From assembly GCF_010672745.1 (NCBI RefSeq), contig NZ_JAAHFW010000035.1:8973-72972 (forward strand): DNA of 64,000 nucleotides, given 5' to 3'. Below the pieces are notes generated by a model. It ran no database searches. It had not been told where the DNA came from and saw only the letters and a list, made by a program, of their open reading frames with translations. The position numbers and the translations under genes were made by a program. Below are positions 19,492 to 31,669 of the stretch, piece after piece. The first letter of the stretch is position 1. The number at the start of each line of letters is the position of its first letter. The DNA comes from Okeania sp. SIO1F9 (GTDB lineage: Bacteria > Cyanobacteriota > Cyanobacteriia > Cyanobacteriales > Microcoleaceae).

Positions 19492-20827
19492 TTTACTAAC
19501 TCCGTTTCAGAAACTTTGTTTATATCGACAAATCAAATGTGGTTGATTGACTTAACCACATAATATATTGGGGTTGTTAATATTCTTACTTCCTATAAAC
19601 TAATGTAACAGCATAATTGTCACATCAAAGTAGATATAACCGAAATTATTACTTCAGGTATTTCCAATGTCCATTATTTAAAAGCTAGCTTAAAATGTGC
19701 GTAGAAATTATGGCAGCTAGAATATTAACCATTGGTTGGGACAAAATTTGCATATCATTTTAATAGGCTCTATAAGTATATATTATGTAATAATACATTT
19801 TGAAGCTTTAAATGTCAATATAACTCAAGTCCGACAGCATCGGTATGATCGAGTGCAAGCAATAACAAATTCAAAAAAGGTAGTGACATCTTAATTGGTA
19901 ATTGATTCCGACAATAAAAAATCATCAATTCCATAAATTATAAAAATTCAACACTTTTTCCTCTTTTTAATCCTGTTTTTCTTTCCCTGTTCCCTGTTCC
20001 CTATGTTGTGACTGTAGCAATATTTTATGAACTATAAGGAAGAAAGAAAAAGTAGAGATTTACCAAGTTTTTATACAAACTATACCAATGGACATGATAT
20101 GATTGATAAATTGATTTAGAATCTGAGAAAGCTAAAGCAGAGAAAAAGTATTTTATTTCCTCTGCTTCTTGTTCTATTTCTTTACAGGGTTATTGACATC
20201 CTCACTCGTTAAGTCGCTCGATTATAACGAGGAATTCCCAAACCTCATGATTTAGGTTTACTGCTTGAGTGGCACTTATCTAGATTGTTTCCAACCCCCG
20301 ACAGTGCGCCTACACAGTCAATTTGTTGAACCACTATCTGTAAAGGCGGCAGTAACACCTCAATGACAAATCACTTTTGCAACTGACACATGACGCATTA
20401 TTTCGTGATTATAACATAATTCGGTAGTGGTGTACAAGTAGCAATCTTCTTAAAAAAATTAAGTGGGCAAGCAAATACTATTCCGATAAAACGATTGAAT
20501 TAGATATATTTTCTCTTGCCTTTTGCCAGATGAGTGGTGTTAAGTTAGACTCTTGCAAATCAAGGTCAGTATCTGTTTTTATTTTGGTCACGATTCACCT
20601 TCCGGTAAATCTAAGATTATACCGAGAGTCCTCTCGCTCCATTTTAGATAGGTTTTGATAAACTCCCGACGCTACACTTGAGCAACAACGCGGGATTAAC
20701 CCGCAGAAGAGTTGCAGCTTGTATAGAGGTAATGTCTTCCCCCTATGCCCATTAGTATTCCATATTATGGCTCTCCCATAGGGCTCTGAATCAAATATTA
20801 TAGGGTGGGGACTTTCCGCCAGAAAAG

Positions 20828-21784
20828 TTAACTAGCTAAATAATCATTCATATCTTGTTTTCTTTTACGAAGTTTACTTAGAGCTTCTCTTTCTATTTGT
20901 CGTACTCTTTCACGACTAATATTTAGGCGATCGCCAATTTTTGAGAGAGTCATACTTTGTCCATCCTCTAAGCCAAATCTTAATGCCAAAACTTGCTTTT
21001 GTTGGGGAGTCAGGTCAGTCATAATTGATTCTAAATCACTACGCATGGAAGATTGGAGAGCATAATCTTCTGGAGAAGCTCCTGTATCTTCTAGTAGGTC
21101 TCCTAACTCCGTATCTTGATTGTCCCCTACCCGTAAATCTAGTGATAGAGGTAAGCGAGCGCGTTCCAAACATTCACGAATTTGTTTTGGAGTGAAACCT
21201 AGTTCTTCTGCTATTTCATGGGTAGTGGCAGAGCGTCCTAACTCTTGAGTTAGTTGGCGTTGGGCTTTTTTGATCTTATTCAGCTTTTCTGTAATGTGAA
21301 TCGGCAAACGAATTGTACGACCTTTTTCTGCTATGGCCCTAGTTATGGCCTGGCGAATCCACCAATAAGCATAAGTGGAAAATCTATAGCCCTTGGTAGG
21401 GTCAAATTTTTCTACCCCTCTCTGCATACCGATAGTGCCTTCCTGTATTAAGTCAAGCAAATCTACATTTCGTTTGATATACTTTTTAGCAACAGATACT
21501 ACCAATCGTAGATTGGCCTCCACCATTTTTCGTTTGGCTCTTTCACCTTCGCGAACAATTCGCTGCAATTCATGACTAGATAAGTTTGTGGCCTCAGCCC
21601 ATTCTGCTATTGTCGGTTCGCGGCCTAAACTTTCGGTGAGGGTCTTATTTACTTCATGCAAAGCTGTGAAGCGTTGTACTTGTTTTCCATAAAGAATTTC
21701 TTCTTCATGGGTTAATAGGGGGACACGGCCAATTTCTCTGAGGTAAGTGCGTACAGAATCGGTGTCTGAGATTTTTGTCTTCAT
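20828..21784 (-). CDS. RNA polymerase sigma-70 family factor, group 2 (SigB/C/D/E-like)
   Basis: Regions 1.2-4.2 are present ('[12 protein letters not shown]', '[37 protein letters not shown]', '[19 protein letters not shown]'). The probable start is the ATG at 21784 (MKTKISD...). A ~1.3-kb AT-rich leader lies upstream. Confidence 0.85.
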   Translation of the reverse strand: MKTKISDTDSVRTYLREIGRVPLLTHEEEILYGKQVQRFTALHEVNKTLTESLGREPTIAEWAEATNLSSHELQRIVREGERAKRKMVEANLRLVVSVAKKYIKRNVDLLDLIQEGTIGMQRGVEKFDPTKGYRFSTYAYWWIRQAITRAIAEKGRTIRLPIHITEKLNKIKKAQRQLTQELGRSATTHEIAEELGFTPKQIRECLERARLPLSLDLRVGDNQDTELGDLLEDTGASPEDYALQSSMRSDLESIMTDLTPQQKQVLALRFGLEDGQSMTLSKIGDRLNISRERVRQIEREALSKLRKRKQDMNDYLAS

Positions 21785-22548
21785 AACTCTTCTCCCGCTA
21801 GATATCTCTACTGGTAGGGTTTCGAGCGCCCTGTTTTGAGTTAGCAAGAAAAGCGGGCGGGTATTGCGCTTTCCTTGGATTTTTTTTAAGAAGTTTGTTC
21901 TATGGCCATTTGATATAATTAATTTGGCCTACAGAAATTCTAAATTATAAATTTGATATTTCTGAGATTTTAGATCTGGTCAAAAAACCAAATTATCTTT
22001 TATCTTTTGAATCTATTTGTAAGAATTTGTGGACAATAAAAGAAGTTTTACTATTTTTTGAGAATTTAGATTAGATTTTGACTAAGATTCAAGTGCTTTA
22101 GTACAGAATCCAGATTGGATTGGCCTAAAGTACAGCTTTTTCGTTTCTTATCTATTCAGATAATTATGATGGCCTTTACACTACTCAATACTATGTTAAG
22201 AATGTTAACATTTATTACGTCTTATGGCTATACCTATAAGGATGATTTTTCAGATGAATGAGTTTAATTACCTAAATTAGTTAAATTATCTATAAGAGGG
22301 TACTCATAAATTCTTAAAAAAATTGCATCCTGCACAACAAAATCACAAAAATTTTGCAAAAATACTTAAACAAGGTCAAAAAAAGAGTATATGAAGTATA
22401 TTTACTTGACTTTTGACTTTCAATTTTAAACTTTTGACTATCTTGAGTATGTCTTTAATTCTGTTTGCATAACATTTCGCAGCGAAATGTTTGCTCAGAA
22501 TTACTTAGTCATTTTTGGCTTCCGCGAAGCGGTTGAGTTACTTAATAT

Positions 22549-23208
22549 ATGACTTATTGCCTTGGTATTATTACTGAATCTGGTATTTAAATGGCCTCTG
22601 ACTCTCGTACTAATGCGGGAGTAGACTATATTTCCACTTACCTGAAGCTATTTGATTTTTCTCTGACTGGAGAGCGGGTTATCCTCATCAGCACTTCTGG
22701 AAATTTGTCAATTACTCAAGGAGTAATCACTGAACTAAAAAAAGACTTCAAGATTTCTGAGGATACTAATCTTCATACTATTCCTACCCTTTACGAAATT
22801 GCTCGCTATATTGGGAGTAAAATTCGACAGATTCAAGAAAAAGACCGCTCTTGGCTACAAAAGGATCGAATTGACACTGGATGCAGTATATTACTAGGGG
22901 GTCAAATTAAAGGACAAGATCCTGAATTATTTTTGATTTATTCTCAAGGGAATTGTATTTCTGCTACAAAAGAAACACCTTTTCTACAAATAGGTGAGAC
23001 TAAGTATGGCAAACCAATTTTAGACCGTGCTTTAAGTTTTTATACTTCTTTAGAAGCTGCTGCTAAATGTGCTTTAGTTTCTCTAGATTCTACAATGAAA
23101 TCTAATCTTTCTGTGGGACCTCCGATTAATTTGGTGATGTATGAAAAGGATAGTTTTCAAATTCGGCATCGCCTGCAAATGCGTCTGGGCGATCCTTCAT
23201 TTAGCTAA
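22549..23208 (+). pseudogene. Proteasome-type (Ntn-hydrolase, COG3484-like) protease interrupted by an in-frame TAA at 22588-22590
   Basis: The ATG at 22549 encodes 'MTYCLGIITESGI*' and continues in the same frame with 'MASDSRTNAGVDYISTYLKLF...'. Together these reconstitute the conserved N-terminus of COG3484 proteins (MTYC....SD.RTNAGVD). The stop replaces an expected hydrophobic codon. Confidence 0.5.
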
Positions 23209-23969
23209 AGTGCGAAAGTTATGGGAGGAGTCTATCAAACAAGTTCTTGATGAAATTCCAGATTTAAACTGATTACATGATTCTCAAGAATCTCAGGAAG
23301 ATATTTTGATTGATTGAACAACACAAGGGAGTGGAGGAGTGGGGGAGTACGGGAGTCAGGGAGTGGGGGAGTGGGGGAGAAATAAACATCAGAATTACCA
23401 CTTACACAGTACAACGTATTTCCGGAATGCTCCGCAAACGAGAACATCTCAAAAAAAATCTGCTGAAAGCTGTTTGCGCAGCATTCCGCAGGAAAAGCTG
23501 AACGCTGAGGTGCTTCTTTAATAATTTAAATGCTACCTAAGTTAAGCATTAATTCATGGTAATTGGTATAAATTAATCGAATTAAGCGATCGCGCAAGTA
23601 GAACAGAATTCTATCCCTCTAATATAGTTTCACCCCCATCGCGGAGTGTCTTTTTGGACGATAAATCTTGATCGTTGGTAAAAAAATTTAGATGCGTTGT
23701 AATACTACAAGAACTTGGTTAGGACATTTTTCAATCCTAAAATCCTTTTACAGTTTGTGATTCCCTATTCCCTGATCCCTACTCCCTAGCGCGTAGGGCT
23801 ATAATTTTTCAGTTTTCCCCATTTGTGGTTGTCAATAGTATAGTTAGAAAGAATTGGTTAGGACATAGACTAATGACGAATCTTAGACTAGAAAATTTTT
23901 TTCCAACTGTCCCCTGTTCCCTGTTCCCTGCTATACAATGTAACGGTTGTTTTAATTTTATTATAGAGT

Positions 23970-25265
23970 GTGATTGAACGTTACACCTTGCCCGAAATGG
24001 GTGAACTTTGGACTGAGAATGCCAAGCTAAAAACTTGGTTACAAGTAGAAATAGCTGTCTGTGAAGCTCAGGCAGAACTTGGGTACATACCTGCTGAGGC
24101 AGTAGAAGAAATCAAGGCCAAGGCTAATTTTGACCCAAAGCGGGTTCTCGAAATTGAGGCAGAAGTCCGCCATGATGTGATTGCTTTCTTGACAAATGTG
24201 AATGAGTATGTTGGTGATGTTGGGCGGTATATTCACTTAGGGTTGACAAGTTCTGACGTTTTGGATACTGCATTAGCATTACAGATGGTTGCGAGTCTGG
24301 ATCTGTTGTTGTCATGTGTTGAAGAGTTGGGACAAGCAATTCGCTATCAGGCACAACAGCATCGGGAAACTGTGATGGTAGGTCGTTCCCATGGTATTCA
24401 TGCGGAACCTATAACTTTTGGTTTTAAGTTGGCAGGATGGTTGGCAGAAGTTTGTCGCAACCGCCAGAGATTGGTAAAAATGCGTGATAATATTGCTGTG
24501 GGTAAGATTTCTGGAGCAGTGGGAACCTATGCAAATATTGACCCACGAGTTGAGGCGATCGCCTGCCAAAAACTGGGACTTCAACCGGATACTGCATCTA
24601 CTCAAGTAATTTCACGCGATCGCCATGCTGAGTATGTGCAAACTTTAGCGTTGCTGACTGCTTCTATAGAACGTTTTGCTGTAGAAGTTCGTAACCTTCA
24701 ACGTACCGATGTTTTAGAGGTTGAGGAATATTTTTCTAAGCGTCAAAAAGGCTCGAGCGCCATGCCCCACAAACGCAACCCCATTCGTTCGGAAAGGTTA
24801 ACGGGAATGGCGAGAATTGTGCGGGGTCATGCCGTTGCCGCTTTGGAAAATGTTGCTCTCTGGCACGAACGAGATATTTCCCATAGTTCTGTTGAAAGAG
24901 TGATTTTGCCGGATGCTTGCATTTTAACTCATTTTATGCTCAAAGAAACTACTAATTTAGTCAAAAATTTGTTAGTTTACCCAGAAAACATGAAGCGAAA
25001 TATGAATGTTTATGGAGGGGTAATTTTTAGTCAGCGAGTGCTTTTGGCATTAGTAGAAAAAGGCATGATTCGAGAGGATGCTTATCAAATTGTTCAGTCT
25101 TGCGCCCATCAAGCTTGGAATCAACCAAATGGTAATTTTCAGGATTTAATTTGCAAAAATGAAGAAATTAAAAGTAAGTTATCTGAGGCAGAAATTGCAG
25201 CTTGTTTTGACCCGAAACATCATTTAAAACATTTGGATGATGTGTATCAAAGATTAGGTATTTGA
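23970..25265 (+). CDS. purB: Adenylosuccinate lyase
   Basis: The N-terminus 'MIERYTLPEMGELWTENAKLKTWLQVE' and the 'SSAMPHKRNP' fumarate-lyase signature. Confidence 0.9.
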   Translation: MIERYTLPEMGELWTENAKLKTWLQVEIAVCEAQAELGYIPAEAVEEIKAKANFDPKRVLEIEAEVRHDVIAFLTNVNEYVGDVGRYIHLGLTSSDVLDTALALQMVASLDLLLSCVEELGQAIRYQAQQHRETVMVGRSHGIHAEPITFGFKLAGWLAEVCRNRQRLVKMRDNIAVGKISGAVGTYANIDPRVEAIACQKLGLQPDTASTQVISRDRHAEYVQTLALLTASIERFAVEVRNLQRTDVLEVEEYFSKRQKGSSAMPHKRNPIRSERLTGMARIVRGHAVAALENVALWHERDISHSSVERVILPDACILTHFMLKETTNLVKNLLVYPENMKRNMNVYGGVIFSQRVLLALVEKGMIREDAYQIVQSCAHQAWNQPNGNFQDLICKNEEIKSKLSEAEIAACFDPKHHLKHLDDVYQRLGI

Positions 25266-25581
25266 AGTTTTATTTTGAGTATGTAGAGATTTTTTCCCTT
25301 GATAGTGACTTTCAAATGTTGAGCGATCAAGATAAGATACACCAAGAAAATACTTGGCTGTTTTTACAAGTTAGGTTGAATTATTGAAGCTATAACTTAC
25401 TTATTTATTCATACCAAATTTAACGCTATAATTTGGTGAAATTGTTTTTGGTTCTGAATTAATCAGTAATTCCAATTAAGAATTTCGGTAGCTCCTAAAC
25501 TGAAGTTTCTATAAGAAAAAATCTCAATTTGTAGTTCCGCTAACTGCACCCAATTAAAGTAAGACCGGGTTGAGCGGAACT

Positions 25582-25737
25582 ATGAGTTTGGTGATAATTA
25601 GTAAAAATTCATCACGCGCTAATCACGAAACTAATGCTCCAACAGCAACTGGTGGTGCTACTACTGCAACTATTGGAGCGATCGCTAATGCTTTACCAAG
25701 CTTACCTATTAGTAGACTAATAAGCTTAAAAATGTAG
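25582..25737 (+). CDS. Small ORF (51 aa), Thr/Gly/Ala-rich peptide. Speculative.
   Basis: It translates to 'MSLVIISKNSSRANHETNAPTATGGATTATIGAIANALPSLPISRLISLKM'. It is flanked by inverted repeats (TAGTTCCGCT/AGCGGAACTA) and lies next to a subtilase remnant. Below the ORF-track size cut-off. Confidence 0.15.
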   Translation: MSLVIISKNSSRANHETNAPTATGGATTATIGAIANALPSLPISRLISLKM

Positions 25738-25923
25738 GTTGGGTTGAGCGGTAGCAAAACCCAACAAAAAGTTACTGGTTTTGAGTTTGTCTGAATCATG
25801 AGATTATTTTAGATATTCGCTATGCCACTACAAATAATTTCCTCAACCAAAAATTATACCCTGTAGCAAAATGTGCTTGAAGAAAAGAAGTAGCAGAAAA
25901 ATTATCACAAGTCCAGGCAGATT

Positions 25924-26325
25924 TAAAAATAATAGGATTAGGTTTAAAAGTTTATGATTGCTATCGACCTCTATCAGTGACAAAAAAGATGTGGGAAGTT
26001 TTGCCAGATTCTTGTTATTTTGCTAATCCTGAGAAAGGTTCTCGACATAATCGTGGTGCTGCAGTTGTCGTCTGCTTCTACTTGTTCCTCAATGATGCAA
26101 GTTGACCAGTTTCATAACGTGATGGCAGGTACGAGTATGGCAACGCCGTTTATTACTGGGTTGGTAGTGTTACTGTTGGAAAAGGAGCCGCAGTTAACCC
26201 CTGAAGAAATTAAGCAACGTTTGCATTCAAGTAGTTTTATTCCTGGAAAACCTGTTGGCAGTTTCGACCCAAAATGGGGTTTTGGTTTGATCGATGCTGA
26301 AAAATTATTGACGTTGGTGAATTAG
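25924..26325 (+). pseudogene. Gene remnants: a D-Ala-D-Ala dipeptidase (VanX/M15-like) fragment ('GLGLKVYDCYRP...GSRHNRGAAV') followed out of frame by a subtilisin-like S8 peptidase C-terminal fragment ('GTSMATPFITG')
   Basis: Both fragments lack start codons and sit in overlapping frames. The conserved SxHxxGxAxD (VanX) and GTSMAxP (subtilase catalytic Ser) motifs are recognisable. Confidence 0.45.
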
Positions 26326-27046
26326 TGTATGATATTAATCTTAATTATTTTAGGAGTCAACTCACCCCTCGCCCCTCCCCCTCCCAGGAGGGAAATTCAG
26401 GAGTCAGGAGTCAGGAGGCATCGAAGGAAGAGAATTGAGAAAGATTTAGCAATGACTAAAGATATAGCAGTATGCGCTAGTATATTCACAAATTGCAGGA
26501 ACTACCCAATAGATAAAAGTCTGATATAACTCCTAAGAAATAGCCTAGCTATTTGCTGATAGTATTTCTCACAAACATCGATCGTGCTTGTTATTACTAA
26601 TGATATTAAATCCGGTTGAATACTTATCATATATTTGGGAGTGGGGAGTAGGAGAGTAGGGGCGAATGGCATTAGCGAACGCTCTCAGTAGATTTAGTAT
26701 CCGTGCAGAGGATCGGTTTTTCCCAGGCTGCTATTAAACAAATGGACATGATATAAGTCCTAAAATATGTTTAAGAACTTATTAAGAATCTATATCAATA
26801 AAATTAAGGTTATGTTAGGTGATTTTTTGAATAAATTATAAATAATATCACCCATAAAAAAAAGGATTGTGCATGATGAACATTTCTTGCTACTAGGACT
26901 ACTAAACTAATTGTTTCTTATATATCTCCTAGATTTTCCTGCTATTTCTTACTTGCTCTCCAACCCCAACTCAATTGATGTAACAGATACCCCTTAATAA
27001 AACTTCATATTTTATTGTTGATAAAAAATATTAATTGTGTTCAAAT

Positions 27047-27073
27047 AAAATTATTGATAATAAAGCTCAATTA
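27047..27073. promoter_or_regulatory. Candidate Fur (iron) box upstream of the isiA-like cluster
   Basis: 'AAATTATTGATAATAAAGCTCAATTAT' resembles the GATAAT-type Fur box. The isiA promoter of Anabaena is a known FurA target. Confidence 0.2.
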
Positions 27074-27236
27074 TAGTAGTCCTATTTCCGCTATGTAGAA
27101 AATATCCAACAGAGCAAAGGTATAAGGAATAATCATCATCAAAATTTTTATTCTACTTTGGGATTTTTACAAATTATTTAGGACTGCTATAGAGCCTTCT
27201 TTAACTGATCTTCATCAGACTGAGGACCAAATCTCT

Positions 27237-28088
27237 ATGCAAACACTTGGCAATTACGAGCAAAAACTAATATTACTACCTCATCTAGCAACATTAGGTA
27301 TTGGTATCGAAGCAGGGGTACAAACAATCGACACCTATCCCTACTATGTCATCGGTATGCTGCATCTCATCAGTTCTGCTGTTTTGGGAGCAGGAGGTAT
27401 CTACCATGCAGTTTTAGGGCCGAAACAGCTTGATGAGAAAGGTTTTGGCTACGACTGGGAAGATGGCAACAAGATGACTACTATTTTGGGTATTCATCTA
27501 GTGCTGTTGGGGGTGGGAGCATCTCTATTGGTCATTAAAGCAACGGTTTTAGGTGGTATTTACGATCCACTAATAGAACAAGTAAGGTTAATACAGCCTA
27601 ATCTCGATCCCGTAAGAATTTTCGGTTATCTGTTTGGCTTTAGTCCTAATGGTTGGACAATTACTGGCATGGCTAGCGTAGATAATCTCGAAGATGTGGT
27701 CGGTGGTCATGTCTGGGTGAGCCTACTCTGCACTGTTGGTGGTCTATTTCACATTATTTCCAAACCTACGGGTTGGGCAAAACAAATACTAATTTGGTCC
27801 GGAGAGGCTTACTTGTCTTACAGTTTAGGGGCACTTGCGATCGCAGGATTTAGCGTAGCTGTCTTTATCTCCACCAACGAAACTGTTTATCCTAGCGTGT
27901 TTTATAGTCCTATTGGCAGCGACTCTGTGCGAACTGCTCTTGCTACCGTTCATGCTGGATTAGGTTTCCTAGCTTTGCTCGGACATTTATGGCACGCTTA
28001 CCGAGCGCGAGCTGCTACTCGTAAAGTATTTTATGGAACGTTCTTTGACTTTATGGCTAAGAATGTTACACCTATTACACCTGCTTGA
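27237..28088 (+). CDS. isiA: Chlorophyll-binding protein of the CP43/IsiA/Pcb family, N-terminally truncated copy (lacks helix I)
   Basis: '[21 protein letters not shown]...[27 protein letters not shown]' matches IsiA from helix II onward. The upstream in-frame sequence is not IsiA-like. Confidence 0.75.
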   Translation: MQTLGNYEQKLILLPHLATLGIGIEAGVQTIDTYPYYVIGMLHLISSAVLGAGGIYHAVLGPKQLDEKGFGYDWEDGNKMTTILGIHLVLLGVGASLLVIKATVLGGIYDPLIEQVRLIQPNLDPVRIFGYLFGFSPNGWTITGMASVDNLEDVVGGHVWVSLLCTVGGLFHIISKPTGWAKQILIWSGEAYLSYSLGALAIAGFSVAVFISTNETVYPSVFYSPIGSDSVRTALATVHAGLGFLALLGHLWHAYRARAATRKVFYGTFFDFMAKNVTPITPA

Positions 28089-28137
28089 ATAGAAGTCAAA
28101 ATCTAAGTTCAATCATTATATAAGGAGAACAATAGTA

Positions 28138-29166
28138 ATGACTGTCGTAACTGATGATAATCTGCAAATCCCTTGGCGGGCAGGTAATGCTCGGCTTGTT
28201 AACCTATCTGGTAAGCTATTGGGCGCTCATGTAGCCCATGCTGGCTTAATTGTACTCTGGGCTGGAGCTATTACTTTGTTTGAAGTTGCCAACTTTGATT
28301 CCTCCCTACCAATGTACGAACAGGGCTTAATTGTACTGCCTAATCTAGCCCGCTTGGGATTTGGAGTTGGTGAAGGAGGTGTCATTGATACCTACCCCTA
28401 CTTTGTGATTGGGGTACTGCATTTGATTAGTTCGGCGTTTTTAGGAGCAGGTGGTATATTCCACGCTCTCAGAGGTCCAGCCAAACTAGAAGACAAATTT
28501 TCCTTCTTTGGCTATAGCTGGGATAATCCAGGTAAAATGACAACTATTCTAGGTATACATTTAGTCTTATTAGGAATCGGAGCATTTTTACTTGTAGCAA
28601 AAGCGATTGCATTTGGAGGGTTATACGATCCAGTAGTTCAAAATGTACGAGTAATATCAAGTCCCACTCTAAATCCTACTACCATTTTCGGCTACTTCTT
28701 CGGTACAGAAGGACGTTTCTGGCTGGCTGGTGTTAACTCTTTAGAAGATGTAGTAGGCGGTCACATTTGGATTGGTGCTATCTGCATTTTGGGTGGTATC
28801 TGGCATATTCGCACCGTACCCTTTGACTGGGCTAAAGGCTTATTTGTCTGGTCAGGAGAAGCATATTTGTCTTACAGTATTGGCGCAGTCAGCTTAATGG
28901 CATTTGTCGCAACATTGTTTGTGTCCGTTAACTCCCTGGTATTTCCCACAGAATTTTTCGGACCAACTTTGACTCTGGTGTTCGATCGCTTTCCTGTGTT
29001 TGTTAGTACTGATGGAGCCTTGACTGCAAGAGTATGGTTGGCAAATGCTCACTTCTGGTTAGGATTTTTCTTCCTGCAAGGACATATATTCCACGCCCTC
29101 CGGGCAGCAGGTTATAGCTTCACCGAAGGCAGAGTAGTCACATTTACAAGAGGTCAAGTAAGCTAG
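28138..29166 (+). CDS. isiA: Iron-stress-induced chlorophyll-binding protein IsiA (CP43')
   Basis: Full-length, 342 aa, six helices. '[37 protein letters not shown]' is the classic IsiA N-terminus. Confidence 0.85.
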   Translation: MTVVTDDNLQIPWRAGNARLVNLSGKLLGAHVAHAGLIVLWAGAITLFEVANFDSSLPMYEQGLIVLPNLARLGFGVGEGGVIDTYPYFVIGVLHLISSAFLGAGGIFHALRGPAKLEDKFSFFGYSWDNPGKMTTILGIHLVLLGIGAFLLVAKAIAFGGLYDPVVQNVRVISSPTLNPTTIFGYFFGTEGRFWLAGVNSLEDVVGGHIWIGAICILGGIWHIRTVPFDWAKGLFVWSGEAYLSYSIGAVSLMAFVATLFVSVNSLVFPTEFFGPTLTLVFDRFPVFVSTDGALTARVWLANAHFWLGFFFLQGHIFHALRAAGYSFTEGRVVTFTRGQVS

Positions 29167-29168
29167 TT

Positions 29169-30734
29169 ATGACTGTAACTAAATCAAATCCATTAAAGTT
29201 TTTAGGCTTTTCCACAGATAATAATGTTGATGTTGCGAACTATGTTAGTGATTCCCAAGAACCTTATTCTTGGTGGGCAGGTAATTTTCGCTTTGTTAAC
29301 TTGTCTGGAAAATTATTGGGAGCGCACATTGCTCATGCAGGGTTGATCGTACTCTGGGCTGGAGCAATGACTCTGTTTGAGCTATCAAAATTCGATCCTA
29401 GTCTAGCCATGTACGACCAAGGACTGATTTTGCTGCCCCACATGGCGACTCTGGGTATAGGGGTTGGCGCAAATGGTGAAATTATTGATACTTATCCCTA
29501 CTTTGCTATTGGTGTTATCCATCTCGTTAGTTCAGCAATTCTAGGCGCTGGTGGCATTTTCCATGCCGTGCTTGGACCTGACAAACTTGATGAAAAGGGA
29601 TTTGGCTATCAGTGGAATGATGGCAAGAAAATGACTACTATCCTTGGTATTCATCTACTGCTACTGGGGATGGGAGCATTTTTGCTAGTAGCCAAAGCTA
29701 TGTATTTTGATGGTTTGTATGACCCGGCGATCGCCAATGTGCGACTGATTACTGAACCCACTCTCAACCCACAGACTATCTTCGGTTACCTCGTCGGTAT
29801 CACCCCTGATGGCTGGACGTTGAAGGGTATGGCTGCTGTCAACTCTTTAGAAGATGTGATAGGCGGTCACATTTGGATTGGTAGTATCTGTATTCTGGGT
29901 GGTCTCTGGCATATTAATACTGCTCCTACAAAATGGGCTAAGGGTCTTTTTGTCTGGTCGGGAGAGGCATATCTTGCCTATAGTCAGGCAGCTCTGGCTT
30001 ATATGGGTTTTTTCGCAGCCTACTTTGTCTGGGTGAATGATACAGTCTATCCTTCAGTATTTTATGGTCCTGTAGGTGTGACTAATGTTGATGGTACAAT
30101 CACTCCTCGCACCTGGCTGATGTTGTTCCAACTCATCTTTGCCTGTCTGCTACTGGCAGGTCACTTTTGGCATGGTCTCAGAGCTAGAGCGATCGCGAGT
30201 GGATTTGTCTTCAGTAATATGAAGTTCAATCCCGGTGCCCTCTATGGAGACACTCAGTTTAATAACGAATCTCTAGTGACTGGTATTGTACAGCCTTTCC
30301 AGAACGATCCCCAGTTGGGGAATTTGGCAACCCCAATTAATTCCAGTCAGCTTACCATCACTTGGGTTAAGAACTTACCCATTTATCGGAATGGTTTATC
30401 CCCTATTGCACGGGGTCTGGAAATTGGCATGGCTCACGGATACCTATTATTAGGGCCGTTCCTCAAACTCGGACCATTGCGCAACACCGACCAAGCTCTT
30501 CTAGCTGGAGGTGGTAGTGCATCTGGCTTAGTAGTGATTTTAAGTATCTGTCTGTTTGTTTATGGGGCGGTAGTGTTTCAAGGTTCTAGTAAACCAAGAG
30601 GCGTTTTGCCGGAGAACCTGCAAACTTATCAGGAATGGAGTCTATTTACTTCTGGTTTTCTCATTGGAGGAATAGGCGGTGTGATTTTTGCCTGCTTTAT
30701 CCTTATAGAAATCGGGCGATCGGGAATTTTATAA
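29169..30734 (+). CDS. IsiA (CP43')-PsaL fusion protein
   Basis: The N-terminal ~340 aa are IsiA-like. The C-terminal ~170 aa carry PsaL signatures ('[38 protein letters not shown]'). Such fusions are known in Anabaena 7120 (all4002) and Leptolyngbya JSC-1. Confidence 0.8.
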   Translation: MTVTKSNPLKFLGFSTDNNVDVANYVSDSQEPYSWWAGNFRFVNLSGKLLGAHIAHAGLIVLWAGAMTLFELSKFDPSLAMYDQGLILLPHMATLGIGVGANGEIIDTYPYFAIGVIHLVSSAILGAGGIFHAVLGPDKLDEKGFGYQWNDGKKMTTILGIHLLLLGMGAFLLVAKAMYFDGLYDPAIANVRLITEPTLNPQTIFGYLVGITPDGWTLKGMAAVNSLEDVIGGHIWIGSICILGGLWHINTAPTKWAKGLFVWSGEAYLAYSQAALAYMGFFAAYFVWVNDTVYPSVFYGPVGVTNVDGTITPRTWLMLFQLIFACLLLAGHFWHGLRARAIASGFVFSNMKFNPGALYGDTQFNNESLVTGIVQPFQNDPQLGNLATPINSSQLTITWVKNLPIYRNGLSPIARGLEIGMAHGYLLLGPFLKLGPLRNTDQALLAGGGSASGLVVILSICLFVYGAVVFQGSSKPRGVLPENLQTYQEWSLFTSGFLIGGIGGVIFACFILIEIGRSGIL

Positions 30735-30949
30735 CTTTGTTTGCTTGAGCAGGGGAATAGGGACAGAAGTTAATATTCCTAATTTTTATCAGGAAAGGCA
30801 GAAGGCAGGAGGCAGAAGGCAGAAGGGAATTCTTACTCGTCTGTTACCTTTAGGGGAACAAGGGTATAAAAACCCCATCCAATTGTTCCTTCTGCCCTCT
30901 GCTCTCAGCATAGCTGCCTTAGTTCATCGGATATTTACTATGTTTCCTG

Positions 30950-31075
30950 CTCTATAAAACTGACACAAAGCGTCAAATAACGTGACAAATTGATAGCGTA
31001 GCTCCTCCGTAGGAGGCTGTTTACTTCCTGCTTCAAGTGAGGCCGTCGGCGGTTACTCATCCACAGGCATTGACG
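30950..31075 (+). repeat. ~125-bp dispersed repeat ('CTCTATAAAACTGAYACAAAGCGTCAMATAAMGTGACAAATTGA...GAGGCCGTCGGCGGTTACTCATCCACARGCATTKACGGTCRAGCCRACCGCA'). Second copy at 58868-58990.
   Basis: Two copies with ~90% identity in the same orientation. Both are intergenic. Both contain the GTCACATAAAGTGAC imperfect palindrome. Confidence 0.65.
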
Positions 31076-31669
31076 GTCAAGCCAACCGCATCTGTTGAGT
31101 CTATACCTACATTTAAGTCTTTGTCAATCAACATCAGAAAAAATCCTCAAACCCTGACTGCGCCCTTCCTAGTAGGGAGCGGGATTTCTTCTGAGGTCTA
31201 TGTCTATATAGATAGACTGCCAGAAATGTTTAAGTCGCGATTAGTGCAGAAGATACAAAGCGTCACCATCGTTACTACTTGCCTGTGAGAACTAGCGTAT
31301 TATTTCGCGCTCCGTATCGCAAATTGTTAACTAAGTCGAAACTCTCCTGCTTCAGTTAACAGCTCAAAAATGTTTTGACAACTCTATTACCTAGAAGTTG
31401 TTTGTAAATAATTATAAAGTGTTTTTACTCCTCACCAATTTATAACTCTCTGATAATTAATCTCAAACCCTTGTACTACCTGGGCAAAAACTTCACTTCT
31501 GGAGATGTATATTGAGTATTTCAGAGTACAAAGTTTGGAATAAATAACTAAATTAAAGGTGTTCCTTTACCTTACAAAAATTTACAAACAGTCTCTTTGG
31601 AATTTTTAGGTAATTCACTCTATGATATAGTCGAATCTTATAATTTTTAGTTTTTACAGGATTTTATCA

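Noticed and set aside
27237-28088. Extending the first isiA copy upstream to recover helix I
   Set aside because: The in-frame upstream sequence (..[37 protein letters not shown]) shows no IsiA similarity and hits a TAA at 27123. The copy is genuinely N-truncated or uses a different N-terminus.
31037-31288. ORFs 31037..31288 (+) and 58779..59057 (-)
   Set aside because: Both overlap copies of the same 125-bp dispersed repeat but on opposite strands. Coding is therefore implausible.
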